A stretch of DNA of 64,000 bases from an uncultured delta proteobacterium (GTDB lineage Bacteria; Desulfobacterota; Desulfuromonadia; Desulfuromonadales; BM103), in assembly GCA_963715335.1 (NCBI GenBank), contig CAVQRZ010000002.1, positions 17,458-81,457 of the forward strand, written 5' to 3'. Every line of letters starts with the position of its first letter. Positions within the stretch are counted from its first letter, which is position 1. Under the pieces are notes generated by a model. It saw only the letters and a program-made list of their open reading frames with translations, was not told the origin of the DNA and made no database searches. The position numbers were made by a program, and so were the translations under genes. Of the stretch, positions 11,426 through 22,833 are shown piece by piece.

Positions 11426-13569
11426 TCACCCGATACTGGCCAGTTCCAGTCGGCTGCCCCACCGTTCCCTGAGTACGTCCCGCATTTCCTTCGACCTTTT
11501 AAACTCATCACTTTCCGCATAGTCAGAACGCATCCTGGCGCGCCTCTTCCAGCGTGCGCCCGTCACGCAGGATGTTGGCGACCCGGAAGTCCGGCAGGCC
11601 GCTCTGCCGGGTGCCGAGGAACTCACCCGGACCGCGGATTTCCAGATCGGCTTCGGCGATGCGAAAACCGTCAGAGGTTGTGCGCATTACTTCAAGTCGT
11701 TTCTCGCCATCTTCGCTGCACTTGTATGATTTCAGAAGGATACAAATACTTTCCGCACTCCCTCTGCCAACCCTCCCGCGAAGCTGGTGCAGCTGGGCCA
11801 GGCCGAAACGCTCGGCATGTTCGACCATCATGACCGTAGCATTGGGCACATCAATACCGACTTCGATGACCGTCGTTGAAACCAGGATCTCGATCTCCTT
11901 GTTCTTGAAACGGGTCATGACTTCTTCTTTTTCCGCCGGCTTCATTCTGCCGTGCAGCAAGCCGACTACCGATTCGGGGAAGATCTCGTTCTTGAGCTGC
12001 TCGGCCCCTTCCGTTGCCGCCAGCAGGTCACTTTTCTCTGACTCTTCAACCAACGGATAAACGATGAATGCCTGGCGCCCCTTTTCGATCTCCTGGCGTA
12101 AACGACTGTAAACCCTGCCTCTTTGCGCGTCGGATGCGATAATTGTATCAACCGGAGTGCGCCCTGGGGGCATCTCGTCGATCACCGAAAGGGCCAGATC
12201 GCCGTAGAGAGTCAATGATAACGTTCGTGGTATAGGGGTGGCAGTCATCACCAGAATGTGCGGGTTAGTGCCCTTTTCCCTAAGGACGGCACGTTGTCGA
12301 ACACCGAAACGGTGCTGCTCATCAATGATGCCGAGTCCAAGCGGTCTGGAATTCCACACCCTCCTGCAGGACCGCATGGGTGCCGACGACCAGGTTGATC
12401 TCCCCTGCCCTTAGATCTGCCAATATTTGCCGCTTCTCCGCAGTCGGCATTTTACCGCGCAGCAACGCAGCCTTGAGTCCGAGTTGTTCCAGCCAGCGGT
12501 GGAATTGCAGGTAATGCTGCTCGGCGAGGATCTCGGTCGGCGCCACGACCGCAACCTGGGTTTCGTTTTCGATCGCAACCAGGGCCGTCATCAAAGCGAC
12601 GATGGTTTTGCCGCAGCCGACATCACCCTGGATCAGACGGTTCATCGGATGTGGCAACATCAGGTCCTGCTTGATCTCACCCAGGACACGCCTCTGGGCA
12701 TCTGTCATACGGAACGGCAGCGCTGCGGCCAGCGGCCTGGTGTATTTGTGCGTCACTTCGAATTTAATCCCTGGCTCAAGGACAATGCCACGACGTTTGA
12801 GAGCCAGTCCGAGTTCCAGAAAGAAGAATTCATCATAAACCAGCGAGCGCAATCCCGGCATCTGCTGCTTCTCCAGCAACTCCATGCTGGTCTCGTCGGA
12901 TGGCCAGTGGACGTCCCGAAGAGCCTCCGCAAGCGGCAGCAGGCCGTGCCTCTTGACAAGTCGTTCAGGCAGATGCGACACAACGAATGGCGCGAACTGG
13001 TCGACGGCCTGCTTCCAGATCCTGCGGGCAGCATACTGGCTTAAGCCTTCGGTCAGGGGGTAGACCGGCAGGATGCGGCCGAAGGCCAGAGGATCGGAAC
13101 TCTGGTAATCAGACAGAGACTGGTCAGGGGCCAGGAATTCAACGTCCGGGTGGTGAATTTCACGCAGGGCGCCATAGCGCTTGACCTCCCCGGTGAATAC
13201 CGCACGTTGGCCGACTGTAAAACGTTTCGTCATCCAGTCCTTGCGATAATGGAACCATTTGAGGGCGACCTGTCCGGAGCCGTCACTGACGACAACTTCG
13301 AACAAACGCCGGCGACGACGTGACGTCGTCGATTCACCGCTGGCCAGGATTTCACCGGAAAAGACTTCGTGAGCTCCATCGCGAAGGTGGGCTATTTTTC
13401 TGAATTCGCGACGGTCTTCGTATCTGTTGGGGAGGGTGTAGAGGAGATCCTCTACAGTATGAATGCCGAGCTTGGCGAGTTTTTCGGCGATACGGGGCCC
13501 GACCCCTTTAAGATGGACTACAGGGGTGGAGAGGTGCTGACGGCACTGGGCTTTCGTCGCCTTGGTCAT
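11426..13569 (-). CDS. recG: ATP-dependent DNA helicase RecG (apparent frameshifts near 12345 and 11525)
   Basis: LKGVGP, QGDVGCGKT, APTEILAEQH, IIDEQHRFG, MTATPIPRTL, QLHQLRGRVGRG and DLEIRGPGE across ORFs 12322-13569 and 11523-12377; C-terminal tail in ORF 11426-11626. Confidence 0.95.
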
Positions 13570-13618
13570 CTCCCCTTCCCCGGTAAGGTGATGAAGATGA
13601 GTGGAGAGCGTTCCGGTC

Positions 13619-13816
13619 TCAGTCGAAGATCGCGTTCAGCGCGGCGAGGAGGTCTTCGACGTCCAGGCCATGGGCTATGGCACCTTGTGCCAGGGTTTCG
13701 TTCTGCGCGCCCATGCAACCGACGCAGCCGAGGTTGAACGATGTCAGCACCTTGACTGCCTCAGGGCTTTTGCGCATCACTTCGTGAAACGTCATATCCT
13801 TGGTAATAGTGGCCAT
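13619..13816 (-). CDS. DUF1858-domain small protein (CxxC)
   Basis: ITKDMT...P...VL..F.LGCVGCMGA.NETL.QGAIAHGLD...LLAALN; RBS GGAG. Confidence 0.85.
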   Translation of the reverse strand: MATITKDMTFHEVMRKSPEAVKVLTSFNLGCVGCMGAQNETLAQGAIAHGLDVEDLLAALNAIFD

Positions 13817-13830
13817 TGATCGTCTCCAGG

Positions 13831-14307
13831 CTAAACAAACTTGATATCTATGATCTCGTAAATGCGGATCCCCGAAGGCACCCGGATCTGTACTTCGTCA
13901 CCCATGCGATGGCCGATCAAAGCTTTGGCAACCGGACTGCTGACGGAGATAAGCCCCTGCTTGATATCCGACTCATCCTCACCGACGATCCGGTAGGTTG
14001 ACTCACTTTCCGATTCGTCATCGTAGACAGTCACGGTGGCGCCGAACACAACCTTGTCCGTATCAAGAGTGGAAACATCGATAACCTGGGCGCGGGCCAT
14101 CTTGCCATTGATCTCGGCAATGCGCCCTTCGACGAATCCCTGACGATCTTTGGCCGCATCATATTCAGCATTCTCAGACAGATCCCCGTGTGCACGAGCT
14201 TCGGCAATATCCTGAACAACGCGCGGGCGCTCAACGCGGATCAGATGTTTTAATTCTTCCTGAAGCTTCTGGTATCCCTCAGGGGTCATTGGTACGGTTT
14301 GCGACAT
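13831..14307 (-). CDS. greA: transcription elongation factor GreA
   Basis: [35 protein letters not shown]. Confidence 0.97.
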   Translation of the reverse strand: MSQTVPMTPEGYQKLQEELKHLIRVERPRVVQDIAEARAHGDLSENAEYDAAKDRQGFVEGRIAEINGKMARAQVIDVSTLDTDKVVFGATVTVYDDESESESTYRIVGEDESDIKQGLISVSSPVAKALIGHRMGDEVQIRVPSGIRIYEIIDIKFV

Positions 14308-14340
14308 GACTCTTCTTCCTTGCTTTTAGTTCGCTACCAA

Positions 14341-14374
14341 TAAAAGTGTTCGGGCGGGAAAACCCGCCCGAACA
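14341..14374 (-). terminator. intrinsic terminator-like hairpin between carB and greA
   Basis: Perfect stem tgttcgggcggg/cccgcccgaaca (14347-14374), followed on the minus strand by CTTTTA. Confidence 0.6.
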
Positions 14375-14410
14375 GTTGTGTTCTCAGGCAAATGTGTAAC
14401 GGCTAGCCAC

Positions 14411-17400
14411 CTAGCCGTTGCGTGGATGATACTCCTGTAGGGGCGTAACGTCAAGGTTTTCGCGTTGCAGGGCGAGGATACCGTCCACAACCGCCTCCGC
14501 TCCAGCCACGGTAGTGAAGTAGGCAATGTTGTAAACCAGTGCCGAACGACGGATCGAAAACGAATCGATGATCGATTGCGCACCGAACGTGGTATTGAAA
14601 ACCAGAGAGATCTCGTTGCTCTTGATCATATCGACACAGTGGGGGCGACCTTCCTTGACCTTGTTGACCGGCTCAGCCGTGATCCCGTATGCGCGCATGT
14701 AGGCGGCCGTCCCCTTGGTGGATACGACCTGGAAACCGGCTTCCACCAGTTTCCTGACCGGCTCGATGATCGCTTTCTTGTCGGAGTCCCTGACGCTGAC
14801 AAAGACTTTACCCGAGATGGGCAGCTTGACGTTGGCGCCAAGCTGGGCCTTGGCAAACGCCTTGCCAAACTCCCTGTCAATGCCCATGACCTCACCGGTC
14901 GACTTCATCTCCGGGCCCAGGAGCGTATCAACCCCGGGGAACTTGATGAAGGGAAAGACCGACTCCTTGACCGAGATATGCTCAGGAATGATCTCTTTAA
15001 TGATACCGAGCTCTTTCAGCGACTTGCCCGCCATAACCCGCGCTGCAATCTTGGCCAGAGGGCGTCCGGTTGCCTTGGAAACAAACGGCGCCGTCCTGCT
15101 GGCCCGCGGATTAACCTCGATCAGGTATACCTCGTTGTCCTTGACCGCATACTGGATGTTCATCAGGCCAGAGACACCCAGTTCAAGAGCCAGGGCGATC
15201 GTCTGTTTGCGAATTTCCTTGATGATTTCCTGTGACAATGAATACGGGGGCAGCGAACAGGCAGAATCCCCGGAGTGGATACCGGCTTCCTCGATATGCT
15301 GCATGATGCCACCTATCACCACGGTGGATCCGTCTGCCAGGGCATCGACATCGACCTCGATCGCCTGTTCGAGGAATTTATCGATCAGGATCGGATGTTC
15401 AGGCGAGGCCTTTACCGCAAACTTCATATAGTTGCGCAACTGTTGCTGATCGTAGACGATTTCCATGGCCCTGCCGCCAAGGACATAACTGGGGCGGACA
15501 ACGGCAGGGTAACCGATCCTTTCAGCAATCTTTTCAGCCTCTTCAAAGGATCGCGCGATACCGTTGGCCGGCTGCTTCAAGCCAAGCTTGTTCAGCAACA
15601 ACTGGAACCGCTCACGATCCTCGGCGCGATCGATCGCATCCGGTGACGTGCCGATAATCGGTACACCGGCCTGTTCCAGGGCGACAGCCAGTTTAAGCGG
15701 GGTCTGGCCTCCGAATTGGACAATAACCCCGACCGGTTGCTCAACCCGAACAATCTCCAGGACATCTTCCAGGGTCAAGGGTTCGAAATACAGGCGATCT
15801 GAAGTATCATAGTCGGTTGATACCGTTTCCGGGTTGCAGTTGACCATGATCGTTTCAAAACCATCTTCGGCAAGGGCATAAGCTCCGTGGACGCAGCAAT
15901 AATCAAACTCGATCCCCTGCCCGATCCGGTTCGGCCCACCGCCAAGAATCATGATTTTTTTACGATCAGATGGAGCCGCCTCGCACTCTTCCTCGTAGGT
16001 TGAGTAAAGATACGGCGTGTAGGCTTCAAATTCAGCGCCACAGGTGTCGACCCGCTTGTAGACTGGCAAGACCCCCAATTGGTAGCGCAAGTTACGGATC
16101 CGCTGTTCGCTGGCACCCCAGAGCAAAGCCAACCGCTTGTCGGAAAAGCCCATCTGCTTGGCTTCGCGCAGCAGGCCGGGGAAAACTTCACCCTCGGGCT
16201 GGTCCAGAAGTTCAGTCGCCCGGATCATGCGTCCTTCCATCTCGACAATCTGGCGGATATTGTTGATAAACCAGGGGTCGATATTTGTCAGTTCGAAAAT
16301 CCTCTCGACAGTAAACCCGGCACGGATAGAATCGGCCAGGTACCAGAGACGTTCCCAGTTAGGGACCCTGAGTTTGGTTTCGATCAGCTCAACTTCTGCT
16401 TCGCTCAGGTTGTAGCGGTAGTCGCCGGGTTCTTCGAAAAGCCGGCTTTCAAAGCCGTGGGAGTCGATCTCAAGCGAACGCAGCGCCTTCTGCAGGCTTT
16501 CCTTGAAGGTCCGACCGATCGCCATGACCTCGCCGACCGATTTCATCTGGGTGGTCAGCGTCGCATCCGCCTGGGGGAATTTTTCGAAGGTAAAGCGTGG
16601 AATCTTGGTCACTACATAGTCGATAGTCGGTTCAAAAGCGGCCAAAGTTTCCTGCGTGATATCATTCGGAATCTCGTCGAGAGTGTAGCCAACCGACAGT
16701 TTTGCTGCAATCTTGGCGATCGGGAAGCCGGTCGCCTTGGATGCGAGGGCTGACGATCTTGAAACCCGGGGATTCATCTCGATAACCACCAGACGGCCAT
16801 CGGCCGGGTTGATGCCGAACTGGATATTAGACCCGCCGGTCTCGACACCGATCTCACGTATGATCTTGAGCGAGGCATCACGCAGAATCTGGTATTCCTT
16901 GTCGGTCAGGGTCTGGGCCGGCGCCACGGTAATCGAGTCACCGGTATGGACGCCCATCGGGTCGAAGTTTTCAATCGAGCAGATAATCACGACATTATCG
17001 GCCAGGTCGCGCATCACCTCGAGTTCGAACTCTTTCCAGCCAATCACCGACTCTTCCACCAGGATCTCGTTGGTCGGTGACGCATCGATGCCGGCAATCG
17101 CCATCTGCTCGTATTCTTCGGGGTTATATGCTATCCCCCCGCCGGTGCCGCCAAGGGTAAATGACGGGCGGATAATGGCCGGGAAACCGACATGGTCGAT
17201 GATACCGATGGCCTCCTGGTAGTTGTGGGCCAGCCCGGAGCGCGGCACGGCAATACCGATGCGCTCCATTGCGGCCTTGAAGAGGGTCCGGTCCTCGGCC
17301 ATCTCGATCGCCGGCAATTTCGCGCCGATCAGTTCTACGCCAAACTTGTCGAGGGTGCCGTTTTTGGCTACGGCAACGGCAGTGTTCAGGGCAGTCTGCC

Positions 17401-17674
17401 CTCCAAGCGTCGGCAGGAGCGCGTCGGGACGCTCTTTCTCGATGATTTTCGCCAGGGTCTCGGGCGTAACCGGTTCGATATAGGTCCGGTCGGCAAAGTC
17501 GGGGTCCGTCATGATCGTCGCCGGATTGGAGTTAAGCAGCACGACCTCGTAGCCTTCCTCCTTCAGCGCCTTGCACGCCTGGGTGCCTGAATAGTCGAAT
17601 TCACAGGCCTGGCCGATAACAATCGGCCCGGCTCCGATGATCAGAATTTTCTTGATGTCAGTTCTTTTTGGCAT
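14411..17674 (-). CDS. carB: carbamoyl-phosphate synthase large subunit
   Basis: Canonical start [30 protein letters not shown]; duplicated ATP-grasp domains; C-terminal MGS domain. Confidence 0.98.
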   Translation of the reverse strand: MPKRTDIKKILIIGAGPIVIGQACEFDYSGTQACKALKEEGYEVVLLNSNPATIMTDPDFADRTYIEPVTPETLAKIIEKERPDALLPTLGGQTALNTAVAVAKNGTLDKFGVELIGAKLPAIEMAEDRTLFKAAMERIGIAVPRSGLAHNYQEAIGIIDHVGFPAIIRPSFTLGGTGGGIAYNPEEYEQMAIAGIDASPTNEILVEESVIGWKEFELEVMRDLADNVVIICSIENFDPMGVHTGDSITVAPAQTLTDKEYQILRDASLKIIREIGVETGGSNIQFGINPADGRLVVIEMNPRVSRSSALASKATGFPIAKIAAKLSVGYTLDEIPNDITQETLAAFEPTIDYVVTKIPRFTFEKFPQADATLTTQMKSVGEVMAIGRTFKESLQKALRSLEIDSHGFESRLFEEPGDYRYNLSEAEVELIETKLRVPNWERLWYLADSIRAGFTVERIFELTNIDPWFINNIRQIVEMEGRMIRATELLDQPEGEVFPGLLREAKQMGFSDKRLALLWGASEQRIRNLRYQLGVLPVYKRVDTCGAEFEAYTPYLYSTYEEECEAAPSDRKKIMILGGGPNRIGQGIEFDYCCVHGAYALAEDGFETIMVNCNPETVSTDYDTSDRLYFEPLTLEDVLEIVRVEQPVGVIVQFGGQTPLKLAVALEQAGVPIIGTSPDAIDRAEDRERFQLLLNKLGLKQPANGIARSFEEAEKIAERIGYPAVVRPSYVLGGRAMEIVYDQQQLRNYMKFAVKASPEHPILIDKFLEQAIEVDVDALADGSTVVIGGIMQHIEEAGIHSGDSACSLPPYSLSQEIIKEIRKQTIALALELGVSGLMNIQYAVKDNEVYLIEVNPRASRTAPFVSKATGRPLAKIAARVMAGKSLKELGIIKEIIPEHISVKESVFPFIKFPGVDTLLGPEMKSTGEVMGIDREFGKAFAKAQLGANVKLPISGKVFVSVRDSDKKAIIEPVRKLVEAGFQVVSTKGTAAYMRAYGITAEPVNKVKEGRPHCVDMIKSNEISLVFNTTFGAQSIIDSFSIRRSALVYNIAYFTTVAGAEAVVDGILALQRENLDVTPLQEYHPRNG

Positions 17675-17686
17675 TTTAATTCCGTC

Positions 17687-17788
17687 GCTGGTTATCGGGG
17701 ATCGGGGGCTGGCAGAAACCAGACCCAAACCACCAAAAACTCATAATTATTATAATGAAACAGCCAGTCTCTAACCCCAGCCCCTAGC
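17687..17788. repeat. degenerate heptamer repeats forming an imperfect inverted pair between carA and carB
   Basis: gctgg-ttatcgg-ggatcgg-gggctgg (17687-17712) versus cagccagtctctaaccccagcccctagc (17761-17788), with an AT-rich spacer. Confidence 0.5.
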
Positions 17789-18911
17789 AACCGCCCTTAA
17801 AGTCTTTCATCAGCTTGATGAACTCACCGAACAGGTAGTTGGCGTCATGCGGTCCCGGTGAAGCCTCGGGATGATACTGGACCGAGAAGGCCGGTGCGGT
17901 TTTGTGCCGCAGGCCTTCGACAGTATTGTCGTTGAGGTTGATGTGGGTGATCAGCGCAGCATCCTTGAGAGTGGCGGCATCGACGGCGAAACCATGGTTC
18001 TGGGAAGTAATTTCAACGTTATGCCCTTCCCCACGGCGGACCGGCTGGTTGCCGCCGCGATGACCGAACTTCAACTTGTAGGTTTTGCCACCCAGGGCTA
18101 TCGACAGCAGCTGATGCCCGAGACAGATGCCGAACAGCGGCACCTTGCCGAGCAGTTTACGAATATTCTCCTGTGCGTAGCTGATCGGTTCGGGATCGCC
18201 AGGGCCGTTGCTTAAGAAAACCCCGTCAGGCTGCATCGCCAAGACATCCTCTGCCGAGGTGGTTGCCGGCACGACCGTGACGCTACAGCGATTGCTGACC
18301 AGGTTGCGCAGAATATTGCGCTTGATCCCGAAATCATAGGCGACAACCTTGAATGCGGTTTTTTTGGCACCCGTTCGATAACCATCCCCCAGGTCCCAGA
18401 CGCCCTCGTGCCATGTGTAGGAGTCTTTGCAGGTCACTTCCTGGACCAGGTCCCGGCCCACTATCGAAGGTGCGGCTTTGGCCTTGGCCACCAGACTGTC
18501 AGCATCCAAATCCAGAGTCGACAGAATGCCGGTCTGGGCACCTTTGTCGCGGATGTGACGTACCAGCGCGCGCGTGTCGATTCCGGAAAGGCCTATAACG
18601 TCATGCTCTTTCAGATAGGCGTCCAGCGTCATTTCCGAACGCCAGTTACTCGGGAAGTCACATAATTCCTTGATAATGAACCCGGAAAGATGGGGCCTGG
18701 ATGACTCAACGTCTTCGCGGTTGATGCCGTAGTTGCCTATCTGCGGATAGGTCATGGTTACGATCTCGCCGCAATAGGATGGATCGGTCAGGATCTCCTG
18801 GTAACCGGTCATGCTGGTATTAAAAACGACCTCGCCGGAGATTTCACCGGTGGAACCAAAGGCCCGGCCGTAGAAGACCCTGCCATCGGCCAGGGCCAAT
18901 GCTGCTTTCAT
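17784..18911 (-). CDS. carA: carbamoyl-phosphate synthase small subunit
   Basis: [39 protein letters not shown]. Confidence 0.98.
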   Translation of the reverse strand: MKAALALADGRVFYGRAFGSTGEISGEVVFNTSMTGYQEILTDPSYCGEIVTMTYPQIGNYGINREDVESSRPHLSGFIIKELCDFPSNWRSEMTLDAYLKEHDVIGLSGIDTRALVRHIRDKGAQTGILSTLDLDADSLVAKAKAAPSIVGRDLVQEVTCKDSYTWHEGVWDLGDGYRTGAKKTAFKVVAYDFGIKRNILRNLVSNRCSVTVVPATTSAEDVLAMQPDGVFLSNGPGDPEPISYAQENIRKLLGKVPLFGICLGHQLLSIALGGKTYKLKFGHRGGNQPVRRGEGHNVEITSQNHGFAVDAATLKDAALITHINLNDNTVEGLRHKTAPAFSVQYHPEASPGPHDANYLFGEFIKLMKDFKGGC

Positions 18912-18930
18912 AAATAAGCTCCTTGTTCTT

Positions 18931-19020
18931 CAGTATCCAGAACCAGACATCCAGCATATTCCACATTCATGACTTCTGAATTCTGGATTCTGAATTCTGG
19001 ATACTGGGTATGGATACCCA
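18931..19020. repeat. tandem heptamer repeats (TTCTGRA)n with an inverted counterpart between pyrC and carA
   Basis: ttctgaa ttctgga ttctgaa ttctgga tactggg at 18974-19008. cagtatccagaa (18931-18942) is the exact reverse complement of 18995-19006. Confidence 0.7.
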
Positions 19021-19034
19021 TGTATTTCAAACCC

Positions 19035-20309
19035 TTATCTCTGGTACGCGATTTTCCCGCCAACGATGGTGCAGATCGCAGCGCCCTTCATCTGCCAGCC
19101 GTGAAACGGTGTGTTCTTGCTTTTGCTGACCAACTGTTGCGCATCAACCGTCCACTCGAGTCCCGGATCGATCACGGTGACATCCGCATCACCACCTTCT
19201 ACCAGGCCCCCGACCGGAATCCCCAGTGCCGCAGCAGGGCCGCAGGTCATCAGGGCAACAGCTTTCGGCAGATCAATCACGCCCTCTTCGACAAGTTTCA
19301 AAGTCAGCGGCAGAGCTGTCTCCAGGCCGACAATGCCGTTCATGGCGATATTGAATTCTACATTCTTCTCATCAATATGATGTGGCGCGTGGTCCGTGGC
19401 AATCGCGTCGACGGTGCCGTCGGCAATCCCCTTGCGGACAGCTTCACGATCTTCAGCGCTGCGCAACGGCGGGTTCATCTTCGCGTTGGTGTTGTAACCG
19501 CGGACGGCTTCATCGGTCAGGGTAAAATGATGGGGTGCCGCCTCACAGGTGACATGCACGCCGCGTTTTTTGGCCTGTCTGACGAGGTCGATCGAGCCCT
19601 TGGTTGAGACGTGCGCAACGTGCAGGTGCGCACCGGTGAATTCCGCCAGCATGATCTCCCTGGAGGTGGCAGCATCTTCGGCAACCCACGGAATCCCCTT
19701 GAGTCCGAGTTCGGTGGCCACGGGCCCCTCGTTCATGACCCCTGAGGCGACCAGTTCGAGGTCTTCTGCATGAGACACGATGGCCATACCAAAAGGTCGG
19801 GCATATTCCATTGCCCGACGCATCAACTGCGGGTTGCTGACCGGGCGGCCGTCATCTGAACAGGCGTACACGCCGAGTTCTTTAAGTTCACCCATCTCCG
19901 TCAGGGATTCGCCTTCCAGCCCTTTGCTAATGCTGGCAATCGGGAAAACCCGGCAGTGGCCTACTTCAGCAGCTCTGTTGAGAATGTAGGTGGTCACGGT
20001 CTTATTATCGTTGACAGGTTTGGTGTTCGGCATGCAGGCAATGGACGTGAATCCGCCCGCCACGGCCGAGAGAGTGCCGGTTTCAATATTTTCCTTGTAT
20101 TCGAGGCCCGGGTCGCGCAGATGGACATGAATATCGACCAGCCCCGGGGTGACCACCTTGCCGGCAGCATCGATGATCTCTGCCCCTTTGCCGTCGAGGC
20201 CTTTGCCAATCGCCGCAATCTTGCCCTTTTCAATCAATATGTCGCAGGTGTCGTCGAGGTTCTGCGCCGGGCTGATGACTCGGCCACCCTGAATCAGAAT
20301 CTTCTTCAT
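19035..20309 (-). CDS. pyrC: dihydroorotase (type I)
   Basis: [29 protein letters not shown]. Confidence 0.97.
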   Translation of the reverse strand: MKKILIQGGRVISPAQNLDDTCDILIEKGKIAAIGKGLDGKGAEIIDAAGKVVTPGLVDIHVHLRDPGLEYKENIETGTLSAVAGGFTSIACMPNTKPVNDNKTVTTYILNRAAEVGHCRVFPIASISKGLEGESLTEMGELKELGVYACSDDGRPVSNPQLMRRAMEYARPFGMAIVSHAEDLELVASGVMNEGPVATELGLKGIPWVAEDAATSREIMLAEFTGAHLHVAHVSTKGSIDLVRQAKKRGVHVTCEAAPHHFTLTDEAVRGYNTNAKMNPPLRSAEDREAVRKGIADGTVDAIATDHAPHHIDEKNVEFNIAMNGIVGLETALPLTLKLVEEGVIDLPKAVALMTCGPAAALGIPVGGLVEGGDADVTVIDPGLEWTVDAQQLVSKSKNTPFHGWQMKGAAICTIVGGKIAYQR

Positions 20310-20406
20310 TGCCTTAGCCTTTCCTCATATCTTGCATACACTTAGGTCTGCATTGTTAATGTAAGTCCACGCATACTCCGGACCGTCTTGTTGTGCAGAG
20401 GCACGA

Positions 20407-21345
20407 CTATTGAGTCTGCATCGACTCGACGCCGCTGACCAGGTACAGCAGGGCCATGCGAACGGCAACGCCGTTTTCAACCTGGTCAAGGATGACATTC
20501 TGTACGCCGTCAGCAACAACCGAGGAAATTTCCACGCCACGGTTCATCGGCCCCGGGTGCATGACAATGGCATCGGGTTTGGCCAGTTTCAGGTTGGTCG
20601 GGTTGAGGCCATAAAACCTCGCATACTCACGCAGGCTCGGCAGCATGATATTGCTTTGCCGTTCAAGCTGGATGCGCAGCATCATGACTACATCAACGTT
20701 GCGAATCGCTTCAGACATGTTTGTGAAGACCTCGACATCGCCCAGCCTTTCGATGCCCGGGGGCAACATGGTGCCAGGCCCGCACAGGTGAACCTTTGCG
20801 CCCATCCTGGACAGGGCGTAGATATCCGAGCGGGCAACCCGGCTGTGGGTGATGTCACCGACGATTGCCACCTTGAGGCCTTCGATGCGGCCTTTGTGCT
20901 CACGCATTGTCAGCAGATCCAGAAGCGCCTGGCTGGGGTGTTCATGGGCGCCGTCACCGGCGTTGATGACTGAGCAGCCGACCCGCTCGGCAAGGTAGTG
21001 CGGCGCACCGGAATGGCCATGACGGATCACGATAATGTCAGGGGCCATGGCTTCTATGTTCCGGGCAGTATCCTCAAGGGTCTCGCCCTTGACCACGGAT
21101 GAAGTCGAACCGGAGATGTTCACCGTATCCGCCGACAGACGTTTTCCGGCAATCTCAAAAGAGAGCCGGGTGCGCGTACTGGCCTCAAAGAATGCGTTGA
21201 TAATCGTCTTGCCGCGCAAGGTCGGTACTTTCTTGATCTCCCTGGAGTTGATTTCCTTGAAAGCGTCGGCCGTACCGAGAATTATCTCGATATCCTCTTT
21301 GGACATTTGCTCAATGCCGAGAATGTGCTTGTGCTTGAAAGACAT
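20407..21345 (-). CDS. pyrB: aspartate carbamoyltransferase catalytic subunit
   Basis: [37 protein letters not shown]. Confidence 0.97.
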   Translation of the reverse strand: MSFKHKHILGIEQMSKEDIEIILGTADAFKEINSREIKKVPTLRGKTIINAFFEASTRTRLSFEIAGKRLSADTVNISGSTSSVVKGETLEDTARNIEAMAPDIIVIRHGHSGAPHYLAERVGCSVINAGDGAHEHPSQALLDLLTMREHKGRIEGLKVAIVGDITHSRVARSDIYALSRMGAKVHLCGPGTMLPPGIERLGDVEVFTNMSEAIRNVDVVMMLRIQLERQSNIMLPSLREYARFYGLNPTNLKLAKPDAIVMHPGPMNRGVEISSVVADGVQNVILDQVENGVAVRMALLYLVSGVESMQTQ

Positions 21346-21363
21346 ACTTATCCTCCCAGTCGG

Positions 21364-21900
21364 TTATGGCTTGACCAGCCGAACTTCCAGCGGGCTCAAA
21401 TCTTCATTGAAAAGAACGGAAACCTCCTCATCGTGTGCGGTTGGCACATTACGACCAACATAATCCGCCCGAATCGGCAACTCCCGATGACCACGGTCGA
21501 TCAAGACGGCCAACTGAATCGTGCTTGGTCGACCGAAATCCATCAGGGCGTCCATCGCCGAGCGGATAGTCCTGCCGGTATAGAGAACATCGTCAACCAG
21601 GACGACGTCTTTGCCGTCGAGAGGGAACGGGATACTGGTCCTGCCGATCGGCAGATTGCCGCGCGCGGCAAGGTCGTCACGGTACATCGTGATATCGACC
21701 TCTCCGATCGGCACCTCAATCCCCTCAATGTCACGGATGCGGGCCCTGAGAAGACTCGCAAGGTGGTCGCCACCTGAGCGAATGCCGATCAGGGCGAGGT
21801 TGCTGCACCCTTTGTTGTGCTCCAGAATCTCGTGGGTAATCCGGGTAACGGCGCGGGTTATGCCGGCCTGGTCCAGAATTGCGGTTTCCGCCTTGGCCAT
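21364..21900 (-). CDS. pyrR: bifunctional pyr operon regulator / UPRTase PyrR
   Basis: DITMYRDDL, VLVDDVLYTGRTIRSAMDAL, LIDRGHRELPIRADYVG. Confidence 0.97.
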   Translation of the reverse strand: MAKAETAILDQAGITRAVTRITHEILEHNKGCSNLALIGIRSGGDHLASLLRARIRDIEGIEVPIGEVDITMYRDDLAARGNLPIGRTSIPFPLDGKDVVLVDDVLYTGRTIRSAMDALMDFGRPSTIQLAVLIDRGHRELPIRADYVGRNVPTAHDEEVSVLFNEDLSPLEVRLVKP

Positions 21901-21921
21901 CTCTTACCTCCCGTCGAATTT

Positions 21922-21962
21922 AAAACAAAAAAAATACCTCCCCGCATAGTGCGGACAGGTAC
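21922..21962 (-). terminator. attenuator terminator in the pyrR leader
   Basis: Minus strand GUACCUGUCCGCACUAUGCGGGGAGGUA followed by a long U tract, about 25 nt upstream of the pyrR start. Confidence 0.8.
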
Positions 21963-21992
21963 GGTTCTGGTTTTCGTGACAAATAGACATCT

Positions 21993-22036
21993 TGGCCACC
22001 CTTGCTGACCTCTCTGGATCAACTTAAAAGGAGACA
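21993..22036 (-). promoter_or_regulatory. PyrR-binding RNA loop (anti-antiterminator)
   Basis: Minus strand CCUUUUAAGUUGAUCCAGAGAGGUCAGCAAGGG contains UUUAA and a near match to the ARUCCNGNGAGGYU PyrR-site consensus. Confidence 0.85.
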
Positions 22037-22057
22037 GGTTACCTGCGAATTTCTGGC

Positions 22058-22086
22058 AATATAGCAAGGCCGATATGACGAGTCAA
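22058..22086 (-). promoter_or_regulatory. sigma70-type promoter for the pyr operon
   Basis: TTGACT-N17-TATATT with TG upstream of the -10, immediately before the PyrR site. Confidence 0.65.
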
Positions 22087-22176
22087 CAAAAAGCTCGGAG
22101 TTTATTTTTTATTGTTCCGGAAGCAGAACATTCGGGCTTTGCCCCACCTTCTGGCCAGGGAGTCCAGCGAGCAAAC

Positions 22177-22833
22177 TTACTTGATCATTCGACCGATACG
22201 GTCCCAACGGGGCATGAATTCCACGCTGTCCCAGGACCAGTACTTGATGAACGCCAGACCTTTGATCGCGGAACGATCGACAAACCGCCAGAACCGGCTG
22301 TCATACGAACGGTCGCGGTTGTCACCCATGACGAAATAATTACCGTCCGGGACTGTAATCGGGGGCATGTTGTCACGGGGACCTGCCATCAGGTTGCCAT
22401 CTTTGTACACGGCTTCAGGCGTAATGTAGCGCTCACCGTTGAGAAATACATTCTTGTTGCGAACCTCGACTGTGTCACCTGGCAACCCAACGATCCTCTT
22501 GATAAAATCCCGGCGATCGAAATAAGACTTGTCCTTGTCTTCAGGAAACTCAAAAACGACGATATCCCCGCGCTCTGGTTCGCGAATCACGAGAAACGGA
22601 TCGTCGCTGAAAGGCAGTTGGGTGCCGTAAATAAACTTGTTGACCAGCAAATGGTCTCCGATCAAAAGGGTGTCTTCCATGGAGCCGGAAGGGATCTTGA
22701 AGGCCTGCACAACGAAAGTGCGGATGATCAGGGCAAGGATCGCTGCAACGATCAGTGCTTCGGTCCAATCGCGCAATTGCGATTTTTTCTGCGTCTTTGG
22801 TTGTTCAACAGTCTGCTTGCGAAAAAAACCCAT
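22177..22833 (-). CDS. lepB: signal peptidase I
   Basis: IPSGSMEDTLLIGD, FIKRIVGLPGD, GDNRDRSYDSR. Confidence 0.96.
   Translation of the reverse strand: MGFFRKQTVEQPKTQKKSQLRDWTEALIVAAILALIIRTFVVQAFKIPSGSMEDTLLIGDHLLVNKFIYGTQLPFSDDPFLVIREPERGDIVVFEFPEDKDKSYFDRRDFIKRIVGLPGDTVEVRNKNVFLNGERYITPEAVYKDGNLMAGPRDNMPPITVPDGNYFVMGDNRDRSYDSRFWRFVDRSAIKGLAFIKYWSWDSVEFMPRWDRIGRMIK

Noticed and set aside
11426..13569. recG as a true pseudogene or programmed frameshift
   Set aside because: All helicase motifs are intact, there is no obvious slippery site, and the breaks belong to a regional indel cluster better explained by sequence error.
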